Source: Vitrella brassicaformis CCMP3155
Lineage: Eukaryota; Protista; Chromerida
Reading direction: 5' to 3'
NCBI GenBank assembly: GCA_001179505.1
Contig: CDMY01000463.1
Coordinates: 7,688-71,687 of the forward strand
Length of the DNA stretch: 64,000 bases
In this document: positions 47,684 to 59,884 of the stretch, piece by piece
How the letters are laid out: each line of letters begins with the position of its first letter
Numbering within the stretch: the stretch's first letter is position 1
Program-made: the position numbers and the translations under genes
The notes under the pieces: generated by a model
Database searches by the model: none
What the model was told of the DNA's origin: nothing
What the model saw: only the letters and a program-made list of their open reading frames with translations

Positions 47684-50268
47684 TCAGCGGCCGACCAAGC
47701 CGGCCTTGGCCCTCTCGATCCTCTCGAAGGGTCGCGTCATCACCTCACCATGCGAGAGGTCATCCATGCGGCACACGGGCTTGCCCTCGGCCGCAAGCTT
47801 CTTGGCAAGACCACACGCAGCGGAAGCAGCGAAGGCACCGCACGGGTTGGACGTGTCAGCAGGTTTGTTGCGCTCGTGTTGTGATCGTCCGTCGGGGGCG
47901 ATGTTTGGGTTCACTTCAGTGGGGGGCGGGAGGCGGCGCTCGAACGAGGGGTTTGTTACCCACCTGATTCGGGGATCTTCCCGCGTGAGCCAGGGGTCGT
48001 CGCTCATCTCACAGCACAGAGCATTCGGCAGCCTCAATGCATTCACACAGACAGAGAGACAGAGGCAGAGACGCGAGCAGAAATGAGTAAGTGGTGTATG
48101 TGTCTTGTGCTTACTCCCTCCCTACCAGTGGCCGCCGGCCATGACTGAGTCCATGTGCCGCAACCAGACAGACTTGTGAACGGAGACGCGACGGTTCTCT
48201 CTCTTAGCACACGCCAACGGCTGGCGCGAAGGGATAGAGCACACCGAGAAGAACAGCGACATCGGACTCTGCATAAAGGCGCAAGACACACACACACAGA
48301 GACAGACAGAATACAATGATGCACACTATGTCTCTTTCTCTCTCTGTCTCTCTCGTTCGTGTGGGTGTCGCGCCCGACCACAACGTCGACGATTCGAGAG
48401 TTGATGTCCAGCACGAGTCTATCCTCCCACCTCGGCTCCAAATAGAGCCCCTGGTCCCCCATGGTGGCTCCCCCTCGGCAACACTGTCCATCATGAAAGA
48501 GAACGCGATGTCGATGAGGCCGAGACCTCTCAGCCCGCCGCCCATCTGCTGATGGTTGCCCATGAATCTGTACAAATCACCACAGGGACATACATGGAGA
48601 CACGGCGAGTCAGTGAGTCAGTCAGTGAGTGAATGTTCGTGTCTCTCCACCAGACGTTCTCAATGGTCTGATCCTCGTTCCTCCGTTCGATCTCGAAGCT
48701 GGCGAGGAGATCGGCATAGTCATCAAGGCTCAACACGTTGAAGACGTAGCGAGGGCCGGGGTACTGATCGATCGACGCGGCGGCAAGGAGACATGCATGG
48801 TGTGGGCAGCAATTGCTGTCTATGCCTTCTTTCTGCTCACGTCTGCTCGTTCGCGGAAGTATGGCTGCATGACACACAGAAAATGGCGAACACACATGTC
48901 CGGACAGAGAGAGTGTGGAGGACATACATAATGTATTGTAAACAGGCTTCACTCACACTCACCGTGATGTCTTGCTGGAATGTGCCGACGACACTGTCGT
49001 ATACTGACGTACATCAGAGACATCGACAGCAAGCAAGAGTGAGAGAGAGTATGTCGCATTCTGTAGGTGCAGCATCGTGATGTCCGGGTGTCTGTCTTGC
49101 TGTACGTCCGAGATAGTGCACCCGGACGTCTTCGCTCATTCGACGGCGACGGAACTTGAGGGCGAGCTCCTGTGGGTCCTCGCCGAAGAAGATGTCCTTG
49201 ATTTCCTTCTCTAATTCTGTGATGTGTCTTCTGTTTTTCCGGAGCATGATGCCGATGTAGGAGATCAGGGAGTTGAGGCCGCGGGCAGATATGCCGCCTC
49301 TGAACAAACAATTGCGCATGCATCTCTTTCTCTGTCCTCATGGCATTGTGTGCTGGCGTGTACGCACCTGCTGTATCCGATGATCCAGATTCGTGTGGTA
49401 CTGGTGAAGCTTTGGCCTGTAGCGTGAGGGTACCTAATTCGATTGGGAAGTCGCAGACCCTTCAACTAGGTGGGTGGTCAACACACACGCTCACTTTGCG
49501 ACGAGCCACTTATAGGCCTGCCATACCTTGGGCCTGTCAGGCAGTAAGTCATTACGAGTGAGAGTGGGAGAGAGAGAGACACTGTGGCTGTGTGGGCGTG
49601 AGCTCACCAGGTGTCATACCCCAACACCGACGTGAGCCGGTCAGCCCCAGCAGCCACCAGCCCCTTGGCGCATGTGGCGAGCCGCTCACTCAATGTCGGC
49701 GGCTGAAGCTCGGTCTCGTAGAAGAGCTCTTCCGTGACGTCAGGGGCGTTTCGCAGACCACCCGGGATGTAGATGAACTCTTGGCGCCCGTCCACCGGCA
49801 CATTGGCATCTACAGACGGGCAAACACACAGGGAGACAGAGAGACAGGCAGACAGACAGACGTATGTGTTGCTCGAGGGGCTGTCGTGTGTCGGTGTGCC
49901 TGGTTTCACTCACTTTTGAGCAAGGTCCATGTCTTGCCGACGTTGCTTCTTCTGCCTTGGGGCGGCCAGTCGCTGTCGTCGTCCTCAGCCTTGAGCCCAA
50001 ACCCCTCAAACATCACAACCAGGTTGTGCTCCTTCTCCTGCCACTCAACAGCATCGGCGTACTCCGGCAGCCTCGCAGGCAGAGAGGACCTGCGCTCGAG
50101 GCGCTTCGGAATCTGGCCGCCAGCTGGCTCTTCTTTTGAGAAAGCTCTCTTCCGCCTCGAAGTTTGCTTCTTATCATTAGTGATGGGCTGGGTAACACTG
50201 TCGCGGCTGTCAGTTGTCAGGTCATGGGCGGAGGTCACGGCGATACAGAGAAGCCAAAAGACCCGCAT
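47684..50268 (-). CDS. Hypothetical multi-exon protein with a putative signal peptide
   Basis: MRVFWLLCIAVTSA start; several codon-like exons bounded by GT/AG (e.g. NVPVDGRQEFIYIPGG, GGISARGLNSLISYIGIML, PRYVFNVLSLDDYADLL). No recognised domain; could be more than one gene. Confidence 0.5.
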
Positions 50269-50660
50269 CGGTGGCTGCGGGCGCCTGCGGGCGTCTCGGC
50301 GTCCTGGCCCCCAATCCAAGCCCCAATCGCATGCACGCCGGAATTCTCCAGGCTTGCATCAAGGCGCAGACACCCCTGTAGAAAACAGCGAAAGACGACA
50401 ATGAAAAAGGTGTTGCAGGGAGCCGTGCATGCCAAGACTCAAGAGCAAGGGATGGGAGGGACGGCGATGCCCGTCTGACTCATTAATCTCATTTGCTGTG
50501 CTCCATTGGCTGTGCTGTGTGTTTTCAGGCCAGCTTGGCCCATCCTTTGTCCGGTGGGGATGGCGTTCCCCCGAGGAAAACTGCGAGCTCAGGGAGAAGA
50601 GGGAAGGCAAGGCCCACCAACGCTCCCGTCCGAGCTCGCAGATCCCAAGGCAGATCTCGA

Positions 50661-50698
50661 GGCATCCTCAGCCTTGTTTTCTTTTGGCTGAGGATGCC
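50661..50698. repeat. Perfect 13-bp inverted repeat (ggcatcctcagcc / ggctgaggatgcc) with a 12-nt T-rich loop
   Basis: Read directly from the sequence. Confidence 0.9.
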
Positions 50699-51164
50699 AT
50701 CGGCTTCCCCTCCCTCTGGGGGTCATGTTGGTCCTCGTCCGGTCCTCGTCCGTGCCCATTTGGCTGTGGTTGGCGTCTCCGACCTTTCCTCGTGATGCTG
50801 CCCGCCGCAGCTCATCATATCGCTCAGCCTTATTGGCTCTTCCTCTGGCGTCCTTCTCGCCCCCCCGGCACGCTCTCCCACATCCCCCCGAGCCTCAATT
50901 GGGTCTTCATCGTGAAGATCTGCTTGACGACGCCGTCTCAGCGGACCGACGTGACGAGAACTGCACTTGCTCCTGCCTGGGACATGCGGCTTCCCCCCCG
51001 TCCCCGTTCGTCAGAGTGTGCTGAACCGCTGGTGTTGCCGTGGTGAAGCTGCAATGATGCTTGCGTAGGGATGGGAGGGCATCTGCTTCATTGCATGGTT
51101 TGCTTGTTGCACTGGCACCGTGATCATGATGTGCTCTGTGTGGTGTGGGCGGAGGCGGTCTGTC

Positions 51165-51603
51165 ATGTCTTGTCATTTGGATGATCTCTCTGCTTGAGGT
51201 AGCCTATCACGTGAGGTCGCACGCCGCCATGTCTTTTCTTTTGCGTGCATATGATTACGCGTGCGGTTATACTTCGGCGTGCCTCTATGCATTGAGACCA
51301 GACTCCTGTCATTCATAGTGCTGCCTCTGTCCGTCTGTATGTGGGACCCTTCTTGCCTCTGTCTGTCTGACTTGCTTCCCCCGCCTTCCCCCTGTCTTTC
51401 ATGTCCTCGTGCTTATCGTCTTCGTTTGAGTGCTTGGTGGTGGGGGTGAAGCAGCTGGTGATGTCTTGTCATTGGTGTGGTCTCTTCTCTGCGGTAGCCT
51501 ATCACGTGTCGTTGCCCGCCATGTCTTTTCTTTTGCGTGTGCATGGTTGCGCGTGTGGTTAGACTTCGGCGTGCATCTCTGTTGCGACCATACTCATGCC
51601 ATT
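51165..51603. repeat. Imperfect ~145-bp direct repeat (51165-51313 and 51461-51603)
   Basis: Shared identical blocks ggtagcctatcacgtg and cgccatgtcttttcttttgcgtg, plus acttcggcgtgc; no coding frame. Confidence 0.85.
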
Positions 51604-52507
51604 TCAGCCAGTGCCGCATGTCTGTCTGTTTGTTCATTACCGCGGCGGGGCTCTCCCCTCTAGCTGCCTTCTGTCTTCCTCTGCCAGCCCAGCCAGGACT
51701 TCCTGAGCATGTGCCTGCCAAGTGCCTATCGACTTAGATCACACCGTGCTGCCCACTGATTCAATACACGTCGTCTTCCCCCGTCTGACTGTCTGGCAAG
51801 AATGGATTGAGCGCAAGCCACTCAGTGCGTGTGAAGGGATGGAGTGCATCTTAGGTATCGTCTATCATATGTTGCAGGGCCTCATGGCCTGCCTGGCTAT
51901 TCCCTTCTCTCTCCCTCTGCTGTCTTCCTATCTTCCTTCCTTATGGGTCCCGTGTGGATATGGTGGTGTATTCATGTGATTGGCTGATTGTTGCTTTGGT
52001 AGCTCAGAGGGCGCTCATTTTTCTACTTCCCCCTTCTGGCTTCTGTACACTTGCCATGGCTCTTGCTGGGCGACAGCGCCCGTTCTTGTGTATGTAGCCA
52101 GAATCGGTGTTTGTCAACGTTCTACAAGGCAGCCAGTGCTCTCTGCTGCCATCTGTTTGTCCGCCGGTGCCAGTGCAGGGAGGGGTAGACAGGCCGTGTG
52201 CATGCTTTGCATGTACATGCTGCTAGTTTAGTGCGTGAGACAACAGGATCCCTCCGGGGTTACAGAGACGAGTCTCGTTAAACACACTAACCAACCAAGG
52301 CACAAAGGGCGACGAGGTCAGATCAACACGTGAGCACTGACCGGTTGCTACGGCTGACCACTGAGCTGGCATACGAGGTGAGAAGAGAGGCATTGTCTGA
52401 TGCACTGAATCTCATCGTCGTTTCCATCTGAAGGCTCGTCGGTTCACTTTGTCTGTGTGTGTGTGTGTGTGTCACTGCAGGCGTGTTTGGTTCATTCCCG
52501 CGCTGCG

Positions 52508-53340
52508 ATGCCGGGCGGTGAGCCTTCGACCGAGCTTTCAGTTGTGGAAGCGAGTGAGAAAGACTCTCTGCCGGACAAGCTTGCCGTTCTGGTCAAAGTA
52601 GTCTACCAAGTGATCGGCTCTAGATTGGGGGCAGTCGTCGTCAAGCTGTGTGATGATACGACGCTGGGTGGCCTTCTGAGAGAGGTCGCTGGTAAGATTC
52701 AGCCAATATACGAGAGAAAAGGGTCGTCTGTCACGGGAGGGGAGCTCAAGTACAAAGACGACGACCTGGAGGACAAACGGCTCAGGACCGTCAGGTAGGT
52801 GAACACAAACCGTGGGTGTGTGTGTGCGTCGCGTTCGTGTCTGTATGTGTGTGGACGCCGTGTTGTGTGCCTTTCTACCCGTCAGAGAAGTTTTTCAAGA
52901 TCAGATCGATGCTGGCGAAGACATCATCGTCACGGTCGAGGCGCCGTTGGTGCAGCCCATAGGTGAGGCAGGCAGCTAGGGAGGCGAGTGGTTCATCTTT
53001 CCTTCGCGGCTGCATGTGGCTGTCATGTTGTTGTGCTAGCAGAGACGGTGGGGCAGCAGCAGCAGCAGGAGCAACAGCAGCTTAGGCAGCCACGACAGCA
53101 GCTGGGAGGACAGCGGCTGCAGCGCAACACAAACGCGATGATCCCTTCGTGACGAGAGCTCTCGACCCTCAGCGGCGGCCGCAGCTTATTCAGCAGGCCT
53201 TATCGGCATTCAGAATTGAGGCAGCCTCTACTACGGCCAACACAGCATTCGCCCGGTGCTTCCTCGCACTAGCGGATCGGCCTGTGGTGCCGCGGACCAA
53301 CGCAGGAGAAGTACTGCCAGTCGTCCCATTCCTTGAATGA
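52508..53340 (+). pseudogene. Short gene or remnant with an N-terminal PB1/ubiquitin-like domain, poly-Gln, and an apparent frameshift
   Basis: VKVVYQ...TTLGGLLREVAGKI...ELKYKDDDLEDKRL|REVFQDQIDAGEDIIVTVE resembles a PB1 beta-grasp with an OPCA-like acidic YxD-D motif. Exon 3 stops at about 53150 while another frame continues to 53340. Confidence 0.45.
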
Positions 53341-54099
53341 ATTGCTGCTGGGGTGCGCTGAGCTGATTCAGGATCCCCTGGGAGACTGGGGTTTCAGTCG
53401 AGCATACTATGCATCGCAACGGTCGTCGCGCTGTTTTTGAGCTTCATGCTGACACTACTCGGCGCGGCTGCATCAAACTTAGATAGCTGGTGGAATGGCC
53501 CGCTGGCGCGACTGGTTGCCTGCGGCCTGCAAGGGGAAGGAGGACTGAGAATTGCAATAGTGTGCTGGGCGGCAGGGGATTTGTAGCAGACGAGTTGGGA
53601 GGTGTTGTACGTGGTGGAATGAGCCGAGCTCTCTCCCTTCTATGCCCCCCTGAGTGTGCTGTGGCGCTCTCCCTCCCTCTCTCTCTCTCTGTGCCTGGCC
53701 GCCTGCCTGTCTTGTTGGGGTGCATGGGTGGGTATGGGGCGGTCTTTGTCTTCTGGTTGGTGCACTCTTGTCACTTACTTGTCCCACCATCGCATCTATC
53801 TGCCTCCTCTCGCCCTCTACGTATGCGTATGCCTGTGCCTGTGTGTGCAATGCAGGCAGGCTTAGATGTAACACCTATGTGATTCTTTGGCTGGTCTTGT
53901 TTGCTTTATCGATGAGTGGACTGACGCCTTCCTTCCCAGACACCGTCCTGAGTGCATGACATTGTCGATGTGTAGACTATTGCGTACATGACCTGGCAGC
54001 CCTGTTGAGCCACACCCGTTTTGTCCAATTACGCACTGATATTCCTCGCACCACATCACGCACAAGAACCACTGCAATTGTCGTGTCCCGCGGGATGAA

Positions 54100-54580
54100 T
54101 TGACCAATAGCAGCTCCTCCCTATCTTGTTCGCGGGCAGAATGGGCTGGCTGGCGTTTCTTGTACAGACGCAGCAGAAGCAAGCAACGGAAGGAATTATG
54201 GCTAGTGCACTCCGTGCCGACGCCGTCACACACCGTCACACTCGCAGACTTTACTACTGACTCAGCACGGCTGCCAGTGCAGCACTGAGACGAGAATAAC
54301 TCACGCGCCTCAACGTAAACTCTGTTGCCCAGTGGATCGCGCTTGAGCTCGCGACGAAACGCCAAGAGGACCACGGCGCTGCAGACACGAGGCGAGTGGT
54401 GCCGAGCAGAGAGGAGAAGGGGAGCGAGACGGCCGCCACCACTTGAGTTGCTTGCCCGTCTGCCGGCTCCCTGGCGTTGCCGCGTGCCTGAGGGGTAGGC
54501 GCGGTGTGCGTGTCACGTACATGGGAGAGGTGGCCTGACGAGCAAGCGACAAATCTTTGCCTGGTGAGCCAAACGGCCGA
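54100..54580 (-). mobile_element. Degenerate TnpB/Fanzor2 (IS607-type)-like C-terminal remnant containing a spliceosomal intron
   Basis: Removing a GT-AG intron at 54379-54430 gives SRQTGKQLKWWRPAVVLLAFRRELKRDPLGNRVYVEARELFSSQCCTGSRAESVVKSASVTVCDGVGTECTSHNSFRCLLLLRL. This follows the TnpB/Fanzor pattern S+xTx+xLxxW...LGxxV..ExYTSxxC..C...CxxC...DRDxNxARNI, with decayed Zn ligands. Pattern recognition only, no database search. Confidence 0.45.
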
Positions 54581-55175
54581 CTGAGCACTCTGAAGAGAGA
54601 GGGAGAGACCAGGAAGATTGTGTTCTGGTTGTGCTTGTGTGTGCAGGTGCCTGATTGTCTGTCTGAGTGTCTGTCTGAGTGTCATCGATGCTGATGCCCT
54701 CTGACCACCCCATTCTCATGTGCCCGCCATGTCCGGGGGGACCGACCGCCGTTGCAACGAGTAAGAAAAGTACGCGTGCACACACACAAACACATGTAGC
54801 GTATACCAGCCAGTCAGTCAGCACAGCAGGCAGGCAGCGCACTGCACCACTGTATAATTATATCTACTATGTATGGCTTACTGACTGTGTGGGCTTACAG
54901 CGGTGTGTAAGCCCTGTATACACTCCCTGGGTGAGCTGAGCCGACGGGGAAACACCAACAAACGTATTGATTATACATCAGCCGTACTGTATACCCACAC
55001 ATCTATAGTAGACATTATCATAAGTGTTGTTTTCATTCCGTGTCCGTATCCATATCCCTCACACACACATCACATTCACACAGATGGTCAGTGGATTGCA
55101 GGCGTGTGTGCCCGTGTGCACGTGTCAGGTCGGTCGACGAGCCACAAGGCCCTCCAGACCACAGACACACTCAGC

Positions 55176-58070
55176 ATGACCAAGGCCGGCAAAGGTACGT
55201 GCCTCCGAAGACCTGACACGCGCAAACACTCGCCCACTGCCTGTCAACGCATGGCGCATTGTCGTGTGGTGTGTGTGCAGGTGAGTCTGGCAAGCTGGGT
55301 CCCTCCGGAGTTCCCCCTGCGCAGTGCCCCCCTCCCCCCCACTCCCCCGGCCCCGTCCCCAGACTCATTTTCGGCACTTGCTGCACTTGCGAGGTCAGTC
55401 AGTCAGTCAGTCAGGAGACCACCGATGAAGAGATGCACAGATGGTAAATGGTGCTTGTTTGTTTGTTTGTTTGTTCGTGTCAGGACCAGCAAGAGAGGGA
55501 CAGTCAGCTGATTGTGGGCAAGGTGAGCGGGACCAATGTCTGTGTGTATGATGTTGTGTGTGATCCCGTGTGTGTGTTGCGTTTTAGGACATGAGCGACC
55601 CCTCCAACCTCCCCCTCTACACACACCTACCCATGCAGGAGTCACGGGCAAGGTGCGTCTGCGTGTATAACGGGTGGATGGATGGATGATATCAGCTCGC
55701 GCAGACAGACAGACAATGCCCACCCCACACGAAGCTCACTATCTCCGTGTGCCTTGTGTGTCGTGGTGCGTGGTGTGCAGGTATACTGACCAGCATCCAG
55801 GTGCGTCCTCCTCGTCACACAGCACACGAGTCTGTCGGGATGAACAATGTCCACCTGTGGTTGATGTGGTTGATTTGTCTGTCCCTGACATCCCTCTGTC
55901 AGCGTCTCTGCTGGACCCGGCCAAGCTGAGAGCGGCGGTGGGGCAGGTGGCCAACATGCCGGGTGAGAGTGAGCGGCAAGGCGGGGGACGGCAAGGGAGC
56001 ACTTCCGCGTCCATGAGATAAGATTTGCCTGTCGTGTGCGTGATTCCTGTCTTCCCTGCAGGTCCTACGTTGGTTTTCAAGAACACCCACCTACCCACCT
56101 CCAGGGATTCGCAAACACACATGTGCGTCAAGTCCGCCACGACACGCAATGCAATACACCGCACACAATACAATACAATACACGGCATGTACCCATCCAT
56201 GCCCACCTCGTCCATCACATCTGTTTGAACGAACAGGGTGTCGAAGAGCACGTCGTCTCGTGCGTCGACCGAGACTCAGCTGGCCTCACCGTCGAGCTAC
56301 CGCGAGTCGTCGCTGCATCCCCACCCCCCACCCACATACACCCACAGACACCCACTGCTCGACGACAGCTGCTTCCCGGAGGAGGTAAAGGCGATAGATA
56401 GATGAGTGGCCCATCCGCACCTGTCAATGTGCCTCCGTCATGTGGTTGGGTTGCATCAGAGCAAGCCATCGGTCATTTCGTCGCCCGTCAAGACGATACA
56501 GGAGAAGGAGAAGCAGATGTACGCACACACGCACAGGACGGCACACACCGGGGAGTTGAGTGGATGCACGTGCTGGTCGTGTGCTGTGCGAACGTGTGTG
56601 TTAGGTCGCCTAGCCAGCAGACTGACCACGAGGACGACTACGAGGACGGTGCGAACACCACAAGAGACAGACATCACAGACAGACGACACGACACACATT
56701 CGCATTGACGTGTGCGCGTGCAGAGGCCAACAAGAGGCGGAAACTGTATCTGCAGCAGCTGGTGAAGGGGTTCGTGTCGACCGCTGCGTATGGTGTTGAG
56801 GTTTTCGCTGTCGATGTGGGCACGGGCGCCACGAGGGAGGGCATCTACTCCATCGACCGAGAGATATCGGTACGTCCGTCTGGTCTGTCTGTCTGCACTC
56901 ACACAAGAATAGTATAGTGGATGCCGTGCATCATGTCCATCTCGCTTGGCTCCAGAATTTTGCCCTGGATCTGTTCGACCCCCCCACGAGACTCTGCACC
57001 ATACCGCTGCGACACGTACTGACTGACCGACACACACACTCACACATACACGCGCATTGGTGTTCATCTATCTCTCTTTCTGCGTGTGTGTGTGCTGGTT
57101 GTCCGGGTCAGATTGACTCGATCAAATCCATTGACCAGCTGCACGGCAGGGTGAGATCGAACAGAGCGAAGCGAAAGAGATACTTACGGACGTTGTGTGC
57201 GTGCCGTGCTGTGCTGTGTTGTGTGTGTCAAGACGAGGTGGGTGTTGGATCAGAATCTGTCAGCCAGCGAGAAGAGGGAACTGGTCGTCATCGAGGTGAC
57301 TCAACAGCACACGCACACACACACACACAGACGGACGTCTGCTTGACTGTGATTGATTTGCGTTTGCGCGTGTGTCAGTTTCGCGAGGGCGAGAACTGCT
57401 TGGCGCGGTGCGTCGGGTTGCTCTGCCCGCCACTCACACACTGGGTAAGGAAGCAACACACACTTTGATTGACTGGCGTGACGTGTGCGTGTGTTTTGTC
57501 TTGATTGACTGATTCGATTCAGTCGGGGACGTCTGCGCATGCTCACGTCGAGGTGAGTGAGTCACAATGATTGATTGCACAGAGAGATGGATGGACTAGG
57601 TTTGCTGTCTGTGTCCTTGTGCTTGTTGACTGACAGCCGTCGGGTATGCTTGACGAGGAGACCCCATCACCTCCCAGCGGCCGCAGCCCATCGTAATCAA
57701 CACACACACACACACACACATAGAGAGAGAGACACTTATGGTCGGTGTGTGTCAGAACGACTGCGTCAGCGCATCCGCAGTACAGCACGCCGTCAGGTAG
57801 GCGCTTGCAACATACAGACACACAGCGGCAAACAGCGAATGGTGTGTACCGCTCGCTGTGTTGTGTGTGTGCGCAGGTCAGGTGATGCAGCAGCGGCCGC
57901 CCGACCGAGTGGAGGAGTTCAGGCGATGCCTTTCCATACTCAGGTACAGACACACGGAACAAGGCAAGGCATCAGCCTCGCCCTCGCACAAATGTGTCTG
58001 TGTGACCACACACAGGTTGTATTCCTCCAAGTCCACGGCCGTCAGCCCTCTCAACAGACCGCTCGCGTGA
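55176..58070 (+). CDS. Multi-exon protein with a low-complexity N-terminus and a C-terminal ISP-like (IMC sub-compartment protein) PH-fold domain
   Basis: About 17 short GT-AG exons. The C-terminal exons LQQLVKGFVSTAAYGVEVFAVD...YSIDREIS, IPLRHIDSI, ELVVIEF...CVGLL and RVEEFRRCLSILRLYS resemble the alveolate ISP/PH-like domain; the family call is from memory of the pattern. Confidence 0.55.
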
Positions 58071-58099
58071 TTAGGTGCGCACCTGTACCTGAAATGAAT

Positions 58100-59853
58100 C
58101 ATGCACGCAGACATCCACGCGCACCGGCCTGTGTCACTGTACGCAGACAAACGAGTTCCTTGGGGCCGGCCGGTTGTATTACGTTTCTACTTTTACCGCC
58201 CGCCCCACAGAGAGCGAGGGAGAGCCGCGACAACCACCACTGCGACGAGAGAAAGGAACTTTTGGTTACCCGACTGGCCAGCTGACGTACACACAGACTC
58301 ATTCATTGCGTAGGCACACACACCGGGTGGTTGGGGGGGGATGTTGGGATGGATCGGTTGGTCGCAAGTTTCTTTTCTTTCCACCGATGGGGGTGTCAAT
58401 GTAAGGGATGGATGGATGGCCAGTAATTGATTTTCGTCTTGTGTCTCTACACACCCGTGTGTGTGTCTTTTCCTGTGAGCGAGCGAGCGAGTGTGTGTGT
58501 GCGTGCGTGCGTGTATCCATCTCACCCTCTCATCAGCCACCTCACCTCAACCCTCTCCACCCACGCCATCGTACCCCGCCTGACCTCACCCAAATGGTCG
58601 ACCCATTGAGCTGCCTGGCTGCATACGATACGCATTGTGTGTGGTGTTTTCTTCCCTCTCCTGCCTTGCTCTCGTCTCTCCTGATTGCTGACTTGGTGCG
58701 TGTACATATGATATGCGTACATACACGCGAAATGGGTAGTGGTCTATTGTTAATACACACATCCATACGTACACACATACGTACATACGGACAGACACTG
58801 ACTGAGTCACTGGCTGGCTGAGGGGCTTGTCTTTTTTCGTCGATGTGTGTGGATGCGCGCGCGCGTGTGTGTGTGTGTGTGTGAGCACAGAATGATGCAG
58901 ATGAGAGAGACACTGACGACCATGGCATGCATGTATGTATGTCGTGTAATTAGCGCCGTCCATGTACGTATGTATGTATGTATCGTAGCGTACACATGAG
59001 TACATATCATGGGTATACATGCACATAATGGATGGATGGATGGATGTATTTGCATGCCCCCCCCCCTTCCCCCTCCCTTGTTTGCGTGCGTCCCTCCCGC
59101 TCGTCCATCTGCCGGCCGTCTCCCTCTCCCGGCGTATCCTCTCTCTATCTCTCCCTCTCTGTCTGTCCGGATGGTGTCGGTCTGTCTGTCGGTCTGCCGG
59201 TCGGTCGGTTTTGTCAACGCACTAGTGCTGCCAACAAAACAAACACCAGTCAGTGTATACATACTTGCAACATATGTATAACCCTCCCTACGTGTGTGTG
59301 CGCGAGGTGGACCAAGTGTGCACACGTGTATGAGGGCCATTTTCTGGGCACTGCAGCCAAAGGAATCGATCGCACGCCAGCCAGCCAGCCAGCCAGCCAG
59401 CGAGCCAGCCGGGCAAGGCAGCCGTAGTCAGAACGAATGCGCATCGTATGTGCACAGTGAATGAGAGAGGGCGATTTTAACCGTCTGTCCGTCGGTGTGT
59501 GTGTTGTGTGTGTGGCGAACCATTTGCTTTCTGTGTGTTCGGTCCTTTTCCTTGCCCTCTGTGTGTGTGTGGGTGCATACGACATGTGTGTGCGTATGCG
59601 CATTTGAGAGCGTGAGCGACCCGCCTGTGTGTCCGTGTGTGTCTATGTAGCTGTATGTGTGCTCGTTTATCCGACGTATTTGTGCCATTCGCCTGATGAC
59701 CTTCCTGCCTGCCTGCCAGAACGGATGGATGGATGCTCGGTGAGGGATTCCCAAGAGGTGTTTTGTGGATAATCATAAGGCTGTCTGCTGCGGCTCCGTC
59801 GATCGTATCTTTCTATGAATATGCATGTATACGTATGTAATGTAACATGGCCC

Positions 59854-59884
<31 letters not shown>

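Noticed and set aside
50429-51046. Plus-strand ORFs between the hypothetical gene and the direct repeat
   Set aside because: No consistent spliced frame or motif; overlapping frames are all low-information.
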